Assembly (NCBI RefSeq): GCF_036321535.1
Contig: NC_087437.1
Coordinates: forward strand, 89,282,001-89,346,000
Source of the DNA: Camelus dromedarius
Lineage: Eukaryota
Direction: 5' to 3'
Length of the DNA stretch: 64,000 nucleotides
Of the stretch, positions 40,203 through 52,160 are shown one piece after another. The position numbers were made by a program, and so were the translations under genes. Position 1 is the first letter of the stretch; the number at the start of each line of letters is the position of its first letter. The notes under the pieces were generated by a model. That model worked only from the letters and a program-made list of their open reading frames with translations. It had not been told where the DNA came from and did no database searches.

Positions 40203-40341
40203 TATCATTTGTGGGCTGTTGAATGATGGCTGTTCTTACTGATGTGAGGTGATACCTCATTGTAGTTTTGATTTGCATTTCTCTGATAATTAGCTATATA
40301 GAGCATTTTTTTTTCATGTGCCTATTGGCCATTTGTATATC
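40203..40341 (-). mobile_element. Isolated internal L1 ORF2 fragment
   Basis: 'gatgtgaggtgatacctcattgtagttttgatttgcatttctctgataattag...gcctattggccatttgtat'; homologous to about 49725-49855 of another L1 here. Confidence 0.85.
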
Positions 40342-41643
40342 TGATACCACACAGTAAGTGAGAATAAATAGAGAACAGACGAAAGCTAATCTCTAGCTGT
40401 GGGAAGTGAAGAACCAGCAAAGACTGAGTAGTGACCACCAGTGAAGTAGGAGAAAAATCAGAGGAGTAAGGAATCCTGAAAGACCAGAAAACATGGTTTT
40501 TCAAGAAGTAATCAGCTGCATTAAATGTTTTTAGAGGGTTAAGTAAATAATGAATGAGACTTGACTTAGGATTTGGTAAAGTTGATTTTACTGGCAACTT
40601 TTAGAAGAGCAGTTCTACTTGGGTTGTGGGACAAAAGTTTGTGTTAAGGAGAGAATAGGAGGAGGAGGAATGGAGTAAATCCTCAGTGTGATTGGGGTAA
40701 GTGCAGATGCACAGATAGGGGTAGGAAGCTGAGAGAGTTCTCACGTGATCTGAGTTTTCTCTGTGATGTGATACCGACCACAAAGTATAGAGACTTGATG
40801 AAGTACAGTGAATGTTTAGAATAATTGCTGTGGGGAAAAGAAGACATAACCTAAAGGCACACACACACAATTGCTTTCAACTAAAAAACTCCCAGAAGTT
40901 TGAATGTCTCTTTTCGACATATCATCATCATCTTCAATAAGTTAACTCATGGTGGTGAGACTGATGGCAGGCCCATTGGGGAAGAAAGTTTGGAGCAGGA
41001 ATTTTGCCCTAAGTACCTTAACTCACGCCAAATATGTGACTGCCAAGTTTGTTTACACTTGAGATCAACCTGGCTAACAAAATGGTGGTAAAATCACAAA
41101 AATAGAATGGTAAATAGAAAAAATATAGAAATGGAAGCATTGCCTGAAAGTAAATCAACATTCTACTTATTAACAGAAATTATAGCTTATCATTTTAATT
41201 GATAATGCAGAACAGGAAAAACTAGGGAAAAAGTCTTCAAGTTCATACTCTGAATTTGAGTTTATCATGGAGTCACAAACATTTTGAACTAAATGTATCA
41301 AACATACATTTAGAAGCATAAATTCAAGGCTTATAATATAATTCATATTATATTGCATATATAGTTAATTCATAATTAACTTTATCTGTATAGTATATGC
41401 AGCTCCTGTGAAATTATTTTTACTGTAATGTGTCTATGAGAATGTGAACATTTCTGAAGACTGGGCTTAAAAGTATTTATGATAGCTCCAAAGTTAAAAT
41501 GGTAGTCCAAGAGATAAAGTATGATACTCATCAAGAACTCCAATTTCAAAGTGTCAGTGTTTATAATTTCTACTATTTGCTATGTACTTGACATTGATTC
41601 CATTATTTCCATTTCTTTGGCTCTACATATCTGTATAAGCAGG

Positions 41644-42070
41644 TTTTTTCCAGCTTTGAGGTATAATTGACAAAATTGTAAGACAGTTAAAGTATCTAAG
41701 GTGATGATTTGATATCTGTATACAATGTGAAAGAAATCCCCCCATCAAATTAATTAACACGTCCATGATCTGACATATTTACTTTATTTTTGCTTTTTGC
41801 TGGGAACATTTAAGTTCTACACTCTTGGCAAATTTCAATTGCACAATACAGTATTGTCAACTATAGTCACCGTGTTTATGCGTTAGAGTCTCCAAACTTA
41901 CTCATCTTAGAACGAATTGACAGTACTCTTACCAACCTCTCCCTATTTTCCCCACCCCACCCCCCGAAGCACCTGGCAACCACTTTTCTAATCGGCTTCT
42001 ATGAATTTGACCTTTTTTTCTGATTCCACATATAAGTGATACCATGTAGTATTTGTGTTTGTCTACCTGA
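41644..42070 (-). mobile_element. L1 3' end (L1MA-like)
   Basis: 'ctttgaggtataattgacaaaattgtaaga...gattccacatataagtgataccatgtagtatttg'. Confidence 0.88.
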
Positions 42071-43191
42071 TTTTTAAAATAAGTAGTGAATGTAGACTAG
42101 CAGCATTTAGAGGAGGAGGCTTATCTTTAGGATCATTAGAGAAAGAATGGGAAATAGAGGTGAAGCCTAAAGAGAAAGTGAGCTGTTGTGGAAAGTATTT
42201 TGTGTTGAAAGGAAGACTCCAGGACTTTTGTAGCACACAGTCCATGTGTACAGAGGGAGCTGCTTACATGGTTAGGAGAGAAATGAAAGGGAAGTCATCT
42301 TCTCCACATGCCTCTGCCTCTCAAAGCATGGAAAAGGTACAAGTTACAAAGTGAGGAGAGGAATATTTTTCTCCTTTTTGACACTAAGGATCATTAAACA
42401 TCTTTAATAACAAAACAGAATCAAAGTCACTGAAGACTTCCCCTGCCCCTACTGAGCAAAATTTCAGTATCCAACATTTCTCCAGGAACTTGTTAGCCTG
42501 AAGTAAATGGGAAGATTGAAAATTAACATTAAATCTGAAACTATTTCAGTGATGCATATATTATCTAGGACTTAGTTTTCTAATATTAAGAAAAGAGGCT
42601 TTCAAGTGCCCTAGCATTTGGCCAGGGCACTTGAAAACCTCTTTTTATCACCTCAGAACATATGTACTGAATTGAGTATATTTTGTCTTAACAGAAAAAT
42701 CAGATGTCCAAGCAGTACAGCCCTTATTATTATTCGGGCTATTCCTGGAAATATACTGCAGTCAAGGAAGTTACCATTATGTTTTTCAGTTCATATGACC
42801 ACCCTCCAAAACCGCAGGACTCCATGACAATAAAAGAAGAAAAATAACAAAACATTTGAACACTGATTACAAATGATTACACCACAATTATCTGTCTCTC
42901 TCTCACATAAACACACACCCATTCTCACACACATATGGATGTAAAAATGTTCTCTCATAGAAATAACTGTATTCATTATTCAGAACAAAATAATCTGAAA
43001 ATGTATATCTGCACACCTAGCCTACATATATACCCATATATGTGTGAGGCATTGATATCAGTAGTCCATCTTGTCTTCATATTTACCTGTAACTATATAA
43101 ACATGTTGTTCATAAATATCACTCTTAAACAGTCAGGAGAAAGGCAAGCTTTGCAAAATATCTTGGATGGTTTTATTCTTATTATCCTTAC

Positions 43192-43222
43192 CGAGGCGCA
43201 CAAAGGAGCTGCTGGTTCCGTT
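43192..43222 (-). other. Candidate 31-nt micro-exon, host gene unknown
   Basis: Minus strand: branch-like CTAAT, pyrimidine tract, AAG|AACGGAACCAGCAGCTCCTTTGTGCGCCTCG|GTAAGG. Confidence 0.3.
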
Positions 43223-45893
43223 CTTGTCATAGCAGAGGAGAAAATACAAGAATCTGATTAGTCACATATTAAGTTTGCGGTTCTTCAGAATTAAATAGTT
43301 TAAAAAATCGTTTGACTCTGAAATCAAAGTGCTCCTTTAGTTTCTTAAATAGTGTGGAATGAATCACTCTCCTGCAATAATTTTACTGTATTCTAATCTC
43401 CAACTGCATACAAATTAATAAAGTGTTTAGTTGCATCTGGAGAGCCCACATGACTAATTTCAGGCACTAAGTAACCTTGTGGCGAATAACAATAACTAAA
43501 CATAATACAGGTATTTATTAAAAGGGAAATAGACTTGTTAAACCATCAAATTGACGTTCACTCTGTAAATGATTCACAAGCTGATAAACATAATGTACTT
43601 TATCAAAGAGAAGAAATATTATGTCAACTCACTTTCTCAAACTACTTCCCCTGAGACCTTGACAAAAGACAAATTTATTACCTTTTTGTTCTACATTCCA
43701 CATGAAAAACATGAAAAAATGGTTTAAGAGGAAGTAGCCACAGACTTTATAATAAAAGGTAAACATTACCAAATGTCATTATTACTACTCTTAGATATAA
43801 CCCCTAAAGATGCTATTATATCAAAATAAAATATTGATCTTGGTAAAGAATAAAAGCATATCTCTAGTAACACCAAAACCAAAACATTTAGATAGACTAA
43901 ATGAATATCACTCATGAGAAAAAATATATCCTTTATTAACAATGTTCTTCTGGTCACCCCTAACCTCTGAATTGCTAGTTTCAACATACGTCAATGACTG
44001 GCCTTTGAAGGTAAAAATCCTTTCTAATATAATGTGTGTTTGATCCACATTAATATTTGATTTTTGCAGAAATGATAAATTGAATGAAATCAAATGAAAT
44101 AATATTAAAGGAATAGAAACATAGGTAGGGTAACTAAACAGATTGAGAATTGTGTACAGCTAGGAAACAAAAAGATAAATTACTCATTTCAAATTATTTA
44201 TATAGCTCACTTCTTAGATGGCACCACTTAATTTTAGTAAACATATCCTTTATGTACAAATACAACTGTTTATAGAAGAGAAGGGTGCTGGAAAATGTTA
44301 AAACTGTAAACATCTTCTGAAGAGGTGCAGTGAATTTCTTCCCTCTCCATTCATCAAGCGTTTCGAAAGAGGCACATGCCACATTGTCATCAATGTGTGT
44401 ATCAGATACTGTCACCACTGTCATGACATAACAGACTCTCAACAATCAGGTATCCAGAGAAAAACAGCAAAGAAGCTCTGCCAAACGTGTCCGTGAAAGG
44501 AAACATGGAGGTAAAAGAGGCGTTTTCCCAGTGGCCTGAGACATGCACTCCACTGCAGTCCCTTGGTTACACGTTCCTAACTCAGGATGAGAGCCGCTCT
44601 TCCGCAAAGCACGAGGCTTCTTGCTGCTCTCTTCTCCCTATACAAACGTAATAAACCCAAGAATACAGCAATACAATCAACCTGTCCTTACATGTAGGTG
44701 AGTCTGGCATTAATGTCTTATCATCCAGCCAGAGCATTAAAGTTAATTACTAGAAAGATGACACATATTGAGGTTAGTGTGTTTGTTCTAAATTATTAGC
44801 ATGATTCTTAAGTGCATTTAAAGTTTGATCATGACCTTTCAGTACTGCTAGTGCCTTTTTTCACTTCTCAGAACAGCAGCAGTCACTAAGACAAAGATGC
44901 TTTGGGCTGTGGTAACACTACTCCCTGTCTAAAGAGAGCCAGGTTTTCCTAAAGACAAGTCAAAAGGTAAAGAACTCTTAATTATAAAGTAACTCACCTC
45001 TTACAGTAGATTATCTTCATCTTGCTCAGTTCTTAAGAATAGTAGTTGAGATTTGTCCCCAGAGAGGCAATTGAATTTTTCATAAACTAGTCCTAAGTAT
45101 CAGTTTCTCAGGTATTTTGCAATATTTTATTTCTATAAATGACAGTACTTTGCTGTAGCCACACTTTAAATATGTCATCAAATTAAAGAAAATCAACTTT
45201 AGAAAGAAAAAAATCAACTACTTCTTAGAATTTGACACCAATTTCTTTTCAATGTACAATGTCTACTTCCTGAAATAAAGAGGCTATATTTTAATATTGG
45301 GTATTTAAGACTGGAAAAAATAGATGGGAGATAGTGCTGCCATAAAAATACTGATTTATGTTTGTCTTTTCAGTGAGTGTTTTTATTCTAAAAAATATAA
45401 ACAATATACATGATACTAGAATGCTTTCCACCCAGTCTAATAGAATATATTGAAGTCAACACTAATAGTTGTATGTGGTTAAATCTGAAACAAATTGGAA
45501 AACAGCCACTAAGTTTTTGTTCATTCCTACAGTTACCATATTTTGTCCGTTGTCTTAAAGCACTCAGAGCCTGTCTTCTCCTACCTATCCACAAATTTAT
45601 TTTAAAATATTTTAATACATCCATATTACAAAGAATTTAAAGAATTAACAGAATTAATTTTCCATATTTCCATCAAAGAGACTATTTTAAGCAGAAGTAT
45701 TACTTGTGAGACTAAAGATACTCAGAGAGCTTAAGACATCTTTTGGGGGAGTACCTGAAAGCATATCATTTACCCCCCCCCTTAGGACTTGAGCTCTGCC
45801 CTCAAGGGAGTTAATTACAGTGGCACTGAAGCAAAAGACCTAGATTTGAAATAACTAAGATATAAACAATTAAAACAAAAACATAATTAATTT

Positions 45894-45939
45894 TGCTGAT
45901 TTTAAAATGAAATATGCTGATTTTAAAATGAAATATGCT
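45894..45939. repeat. Perfect 21-bp tandem duplication
   Basis: tgctgattttaaaatgaaata x2 followed by tgct. Confidence 0.95.
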
Positions 45940-48888
45940 TATGCTAAGGAATTCAGAGAAGAAATTTTCAGAGAAAAAAACATTTACCTTACAGCTAAAG
46001 ACTAGATAAGGTATGGGGAAGCAAGGGTGAGTTTGGGTTTGGGGATAATTTAAAATAAAGTGATGATGTACTTTAAAAAAGCACCATTGTCACTTAAGAG
46101 TAAGACAGTTTCATTATTTCCTTTTAATATATTAGAAAACTTCAGAATCAAGAGGACTGAAATTCTCCCTATTCTGTGCTGCTTCAGAGAGGAGGCATGT
46201 GTTTATTATCAGAGAAACTCACAAGGATTTTCAAGAAATCAAACTTTCAGAGATTTTAACATTAATTGATTCATTTTCTCATTGGAATTATCTTTGTGCT
46301 CCCTTCTCACATTTTACTCTTAGGAATCCAGCAGATGGAACAGTGCAAATATAAGAACTGTCATCCACAAATAGAAGCTTACCAGGTTAGGAAAAAAAGA
46401 TAGGCCTTCTACTTTTTGGACATAACACATTTTTTTTTCATCAAGTGACTCCTGAGAGAACAGTTTTTCTTGTTGACCTAGAAAATATGAAACAGGATAT
46501 AATGGAATAACTTTGTAGACCCAAAAACAGAGAAATCTTTATAGAAAAAAAAAAAAAAAGCAAAACCCAGGAATAATACAAAATAGTTTCTCTTCTCCTT
46601 GCCCTAGCCTTCTGCACTTAGCAGTTATCTTTACAACACAAATGGATTTCCCTGCACCATCTTCCCTAATTAACCTTAGCATTAAAATTGTTTACCAAAG
46701 CACACTATAGCAAGTCTACAGGTAAGAACATTCATGCTACTTCTCTCAAAATTTAACTCTACAACAGTTCACAAAACATGAGTAAAATCCATAAAGGCCA
46801 TTCTATCTATTAGCAGTATTTTCTCCCTGAGACTTCTGAATTCTCAGACCTTTCTTCCATTTTAGTTTTCTGCCTCCTCAAGCAGGTCACAGTCAAAGAG
46901 CCTGACAGGAAAAGAAATGTGGCGCCTCTGATTCCCTGTGAGTCCACCTGTATTTCACCTTCGTCACATTCTGCCTTTTGTCAGACTCCATCTAAAATCA
47001 AATCACTGTTGGCCAGGGCCGTGTCCACACAAAAATGGCAGAGTGAGGTGTGTCCAAATAAGATCATAATTCTGCTTAGCTTTAGCAGTTTACACGGCTG
47101 TGTGGAAATATCATCACAATGGCTAGAAGAAAAGTCGGCAGCGAGCTTGCAGAAATTGGTCCCACCAGATCTATTTCCCTTCACTCTACTAGTGATAGCT
47201 GAAACCAGATCAATTATTATCCATTAAAAAAATTAAAAAAAATAATAAGCACTTAAAATATTTTTAGGGGTTTTTGCTTACCTATGAAGCATTTGTAGAG
47301 GAGGACCCTTATAAGACTAACAGCATATTTTATTACATCTTTTAGATTAATTTAGATGCTCATATAAACAAGTCTAACCATCACATAATGCCAGAGTAGA
47401 TTTTATGTATATTGTTGATGATAATTCCCACAGAAGAATTGGTTAGTATCTGAGTTTTCCAAAATGTAGCGAAAGAATTCCTCAGAGAAACACATAATAA
47501 TTTCAAAGTTCTCCTCAGTCTACCAAGACGTATTGTATATGGGTACCATACCTAAGTAAACCATTCTACAAACAACACCATAAATCTTCCTTGCATTTAG
47601 TCACATTTACAAATTGTTGTCCAAGCTCTGTAACCAGAGACAAAGATGTGTATTTTAACAAAATCCTATAAATGTGAACCCAATATGAACAGATGACTGA
47701 TTCTACAAATGTGACCCAAACATGAAGTTATAGGACATAAAGATAGATTTTTAATAAAAAGTATTTAGAATGATGCTATGAAATATCTAGGAAATTTTGC
47801 ATTTAATGCCTTCTCACCATCTACTCTCTGTTGCCAAGGAGAGCATGTTCTTTTGTGTTTTCTGTACAGCAGATGCTTGACTCTCAGTGAAGCTGTGTGC
47901 TACAATTTCAGTTCTGCGATGTATGATAGCGTTTTGATGGCCAAAAGTATACGCCTGTACTACTTTTATAGTATAAAGATAAGACATTAAAAACACAGCT
48001 ACTGGATCAATCTGCTGTCTGTAGCTGGGTACCGTCTTGGAGCAATTGGTGCAGTTGTTTCCCAGGGTTCTCATACTACCCCCTGAACCAGGGGTATATC
48101 CCTCCCAGTGGGCTGGACTTAAACGTTATCCTGTCTGCCAAGTGCTGGTTATCTGAAGTTAACCTCAATCAAGTGCCAACCCCGACCATTAGCTACTGTA
48201 GTCTGTATTTATGTTCTCCATGGTGTTAGATAATAATAAACATCTCTCCCTCATAAGCAATCAGGAAAACTGCCACAATGAAGTTACCACTAACAAGTCA
48301 GCAAAAGGCAGAGATATATTCAAATGACATCCTAGGCCTTAAAAAAAACAAAAACAAAAACAACTTGCTTTGACTGCAGCTTCCACCAGAGTCCCTGGAC
48401 TAATAATTTTGATTTTGGTTGGTAACATATACCATTATCAAAGATACCATTTACTTAACCAGAAACAGAGGCTCAGGTCCCTGTAGTAATTACGTGGCAG
48501 AGTTTTTATACAGCAAAGGAACATAAGGTTAGAACCAGAACTGTATCATGTTAAAAAAAAAAAAGAAAACAACTAAAACTTGATTTCTGCCACTCAGACT
48601 ACCCTTGGATGCACTCTGGCATGCATCCTGTTTGTGAAAATGTAGGCTCTAAGGGTTCTAGCTGGATGCTCATCTGATCTGGAAAAAGGGTAGAACTTAG
48701 TCTCCTGGTAACCATCATCTATGTAAGGAGAGCTAGTTAATTTAATAATCTCTATAACTTTCATAAAGGGAGTCAGAATTAGGTCAACTCTTCTGAGGCC
48801 AAAATGAGGCAAGTTCTTCCATTTTGCTATTCGAGCAGAGGATTTAAAATAGAATAAATATAGATCAAAGACTTCCTGACTTTCAAAG

Positions 48889-50560
48889 TTTTTTTTTTTT
48901 TTTGAGGTACACTTGACATATAACATTATGTCAATTTCAGGCATACAACATAATGATTTTGTATTTCTATATATTGTGAAATGATCACCACAAGAAGTCT
49001 AGTCAATAACCATCACCACACATAGTTAGAAATTTCCTTTTGTGATGAGGATTTTAGATCTACTGTTAGCAATTTTGAAATATACAATTCAATATTATTA
49101 ACTGTAGTCACCATGCTGTACATTACATCCCCAGGACTTATTTATTTTATAGCTGGAATTAGTACCTTTTGTCCAATTTCACTTGTTTTGCCTACCACCT
49201 CCCCACCCCCTGCTTCTGGCAAATACCGATCTGTTCTCTGTATCTGTGACTTTGGATTTGTATTTCTTGTTGTTTTAGATTCCACACAAAAGTGAGGTCA
49301 TACGGTATTTGTCTTCTTCTGTCTGGCTTATATCATTTAACATGGATGGACCCTGAGAGCATTATGTTGTTGCAAATGGCAAGATTTCCTTTGTTTTTTG
49401 GCTACATACGACTCCATTGTATTTATACACCATGTTTTCTTTATTCATTCACCCATTGATGGAAACTTAAGTTGCTTTCCATGTCTTGGCTATATATTTG
49501 GCAATACAGTAATGAGCATGGGCACAAAAAGCATTGTACCTTTTTCAATTAATGTTTTTATTTTATTCAAATAAGAATCTATAAGTGGAATTACTAGATT
49601 ATATGGTAGTTCTGTTTTTGAAGGAAACTCCATGCTCTTGTCCATAGTGTCTGTACAAATTTATATGCCTACCAACAAAGCACAAGTGTTCCCTCTTATC
49701 CACATCCTCGTCAACACTGGTTATTTCTTGTCTTTTTGATCACAGTTATACTAACAACTGTGAGGTAATATATCATTGTGGTTTTACTTTGCATTTCCCT
49801 GATGGTTTGTGATGTTGAGCCTCTTTTTAGATATCTTTTGGCTATCTATATGTCTTTACAAAAATGTCTATTCAGATTCTCTGCCCATTGTTTAAATAGA
49901 GTTGTTTTTTGGTATTGAGTTTTGTGAGTTCTTTATATGTTTTGAATATAATCAAATACGTAGTTTGCAACTATTTTTCCCATTAAGTAGGTTGCCTTTT
50001 CATTTTGTTGTGCTAAACAAAACCTTTTTGGTTTGATGTAGTCCCATTTGTTCATTTTTGCTGTTATTGTCTTTCTTTTGGTCTCAAATCCAAAAAATCA
50101 TCAACGAGACCACCATCAACGAGATTAACACCTATGTGTGTTTTTTTTTTCTAGGAGCTTAATAGTTTCAAGTCTTACATTCAAGTCTTTAATCCATTTT
50201 GAGTTAATTTTTGTGTATGGTATAAGATAATGATCCAGTTTCATCTTTTGCACATGGCTGTACAGTTTTTCCAGCACCATGTATTGAAGAGACTGTTCTT
50301 TCTCCATTGTGTATTCTTGGCTTCTTTATCAAAAATTAATTGACCATATATATGAGTTTATTTCTGGCCTTTCTGTTCTGTTCCATTGATATATGTCTGT
50401 TTTATGCCAGCACCATACTGTTTTGATTACTATAGTTTATAATATAGTTTGAAATCAGGGAGCATGATGCCTCCAATTATGCTCTTCTTTCTAAGGGTTC
50501 CTTTGGCTGTTTCAGGGTCTTTTGTAGTTCCAAACACATCTTAGAATTGCTTTATTTCTC
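48889..50560 (-). mobile_element. 5'-truncated L1 (about 1.7 kb) with poly(A) and ORF2 3' part
   Basis: Poly-T from 48889; ORF 50125..50307 contains [33 protein letters not shown], a typical L1 ORF2p segment. Confidence 0.95.
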
Positions 50561-51619
50561 TAAGATTTCTTTTTAAATGCATAAGTTTGTTGTCTCCAGA
50601 CTGTATCACTGTCTCACGTTCTGATATCAGAGTAACCTCATGGTTATAATCAGCAGAAAGACCCATATAATTTCTTTGTGGGAACATACTACACATCTCA
50701 ACACAGAGATGAATTATATTTCATTAATATGAATCCAGGTAACCACTTCATGTTTCTCCTACTCCTTTGACCTTTGCCTTATAGTCTTTGCTCTGCCACC
50801 TCAGGAATATGTTGTTAGTTGGTACTGGTTAAGAATTATTGGAATTTAGTAAGATGCAGTAAACCTAAAAAAGGTTTCAACATTCAGATAAAAAAATCTT
50901 GAAGACACTGAAAAATGTAATGATGACTATTTATTGCCTTCTTAGACTTTCTTACTAGTTATTTCATACTAGTCTTGGCTAGGAATTTCCTCTAGTTATG
51001 CTTCAACTAATTCTCTTGGTCAGAAGGTCTTTGAAGGAGAGGATGCAAAGATATTCAAGGAGTTTCTAAGATTATTTTAAATTTTATGTATTGCAGTATA
51101 CACAGAAGGAAATGTTTTTTCATATATACACATATTTTATAAAATATTTTATATCTTTAATATTTTCATTATTCAAATGCTTTTGTGTGACACAAAGACT
51201 ATACTTTGGATTTATAATGATTATGAATATTCTACAGAATGATTTTAAAATTGTACTATATAGTTAATATAATAGTTTCTAAGCAATTTCATAGGATGTA
51301 TTGCTGAATTACTGCTGAATTTTTACCTTAAAATATTTTTTTGCAAAATATTCCCTTTTGTCCATTAGTAAAAGGAATATACACATTTCAGTATGGAGCT
51401 CTAGTACTTTAATTAATGAGGTAAAATAAGTCTTTCAAGGATCCTTGAGACTCCCCAGTCTACAATAGTATAAGAATATTATTTATAAACTTAGCTGAGG
51501 TAAAAAAAAAACATTCAGTGTTGAGGAAACTATTTGCCATAATTCCATTAATATATTAAAATTAGGTTAAACTACTATCTTCTTTTAGATTAAAATAGAT
51601 AAGAAGAAACTAAACTTTG

Positions 51620-52160
51620 GTATTCTTTAGGATTCTTGAATGGAAGTAATTAAAATTCATCTGTACTAGCTTTAGGGCAAAAAAGAACTGACCATTTATT
51701 GACCTAAACAAGCAAAGGAAGTAAGATCTCAGTAATGCATTTGATAGATTTTTTGCTGGAAATTTTCTCTCTCTCTCTCTCTGTGCTTAACTCATACTTG
51801 CTTCTTTCTACATAAACCCATTTGCTCTTACTGCCCCCTTTTTGACCCACTTCACAGAAAACACAGTAATCAGCATTTCCTGAATATCACAACAGCCTCT
51901 ACTACAGAAAGTCTCTATTCCTAATTTTAGTTTAAAAAAAAAATTTGTGGGGAATTACTGTGATTGGTTCAGAATGGCTTAGGTGCCCACTCCAGACAAG
52001 TCAGTAGTAGCCAGAAAAAAAAAAGGGCAGCCTCAAATGATACCAAAAATAATGGCTGTGGAGGAACAGAGCTTCTCAAACCCAAAATGAAGTGCTACAT
52101 TCTAATGAGGGGAGGAGTCACTGATTGGTGCATAAAACTGTAACAACACACAAACTATAA
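51620..52160 (-). mobile_element. MaLR LTR (MLT1K/L-like)
   Basis: 'tgattggttcagaatggcttaggtgcccactccagacaagtcag'. Confidence 0.55.

Larger units (their letters stand above)
37745..40690 (-). mobile_element. L2 fragments, interrupted by MLT1 and an L1 piece
   Basis: Several reverse L2 motifs ('tgcctgcaatgtgccag', 'gtggagaatagactgt', 'taccatttactcagatagg', 'gaccaccagtgaagtaggagaaaaatcagg'). Confidence 0.7.

Noticed and set aside
50125..50307. 60-aa ORF with recognisable protein sequence
   Set aside because: It is a frameshifted L1 ORF2p remnant, not a host gene; the same applies to ORFs 13380..13622 and 29758..29946.
51132..51147. Perfect 16-bp palindrome atattttataaaatat
   Set aside because: Pure A/T and not surprising in this composition.
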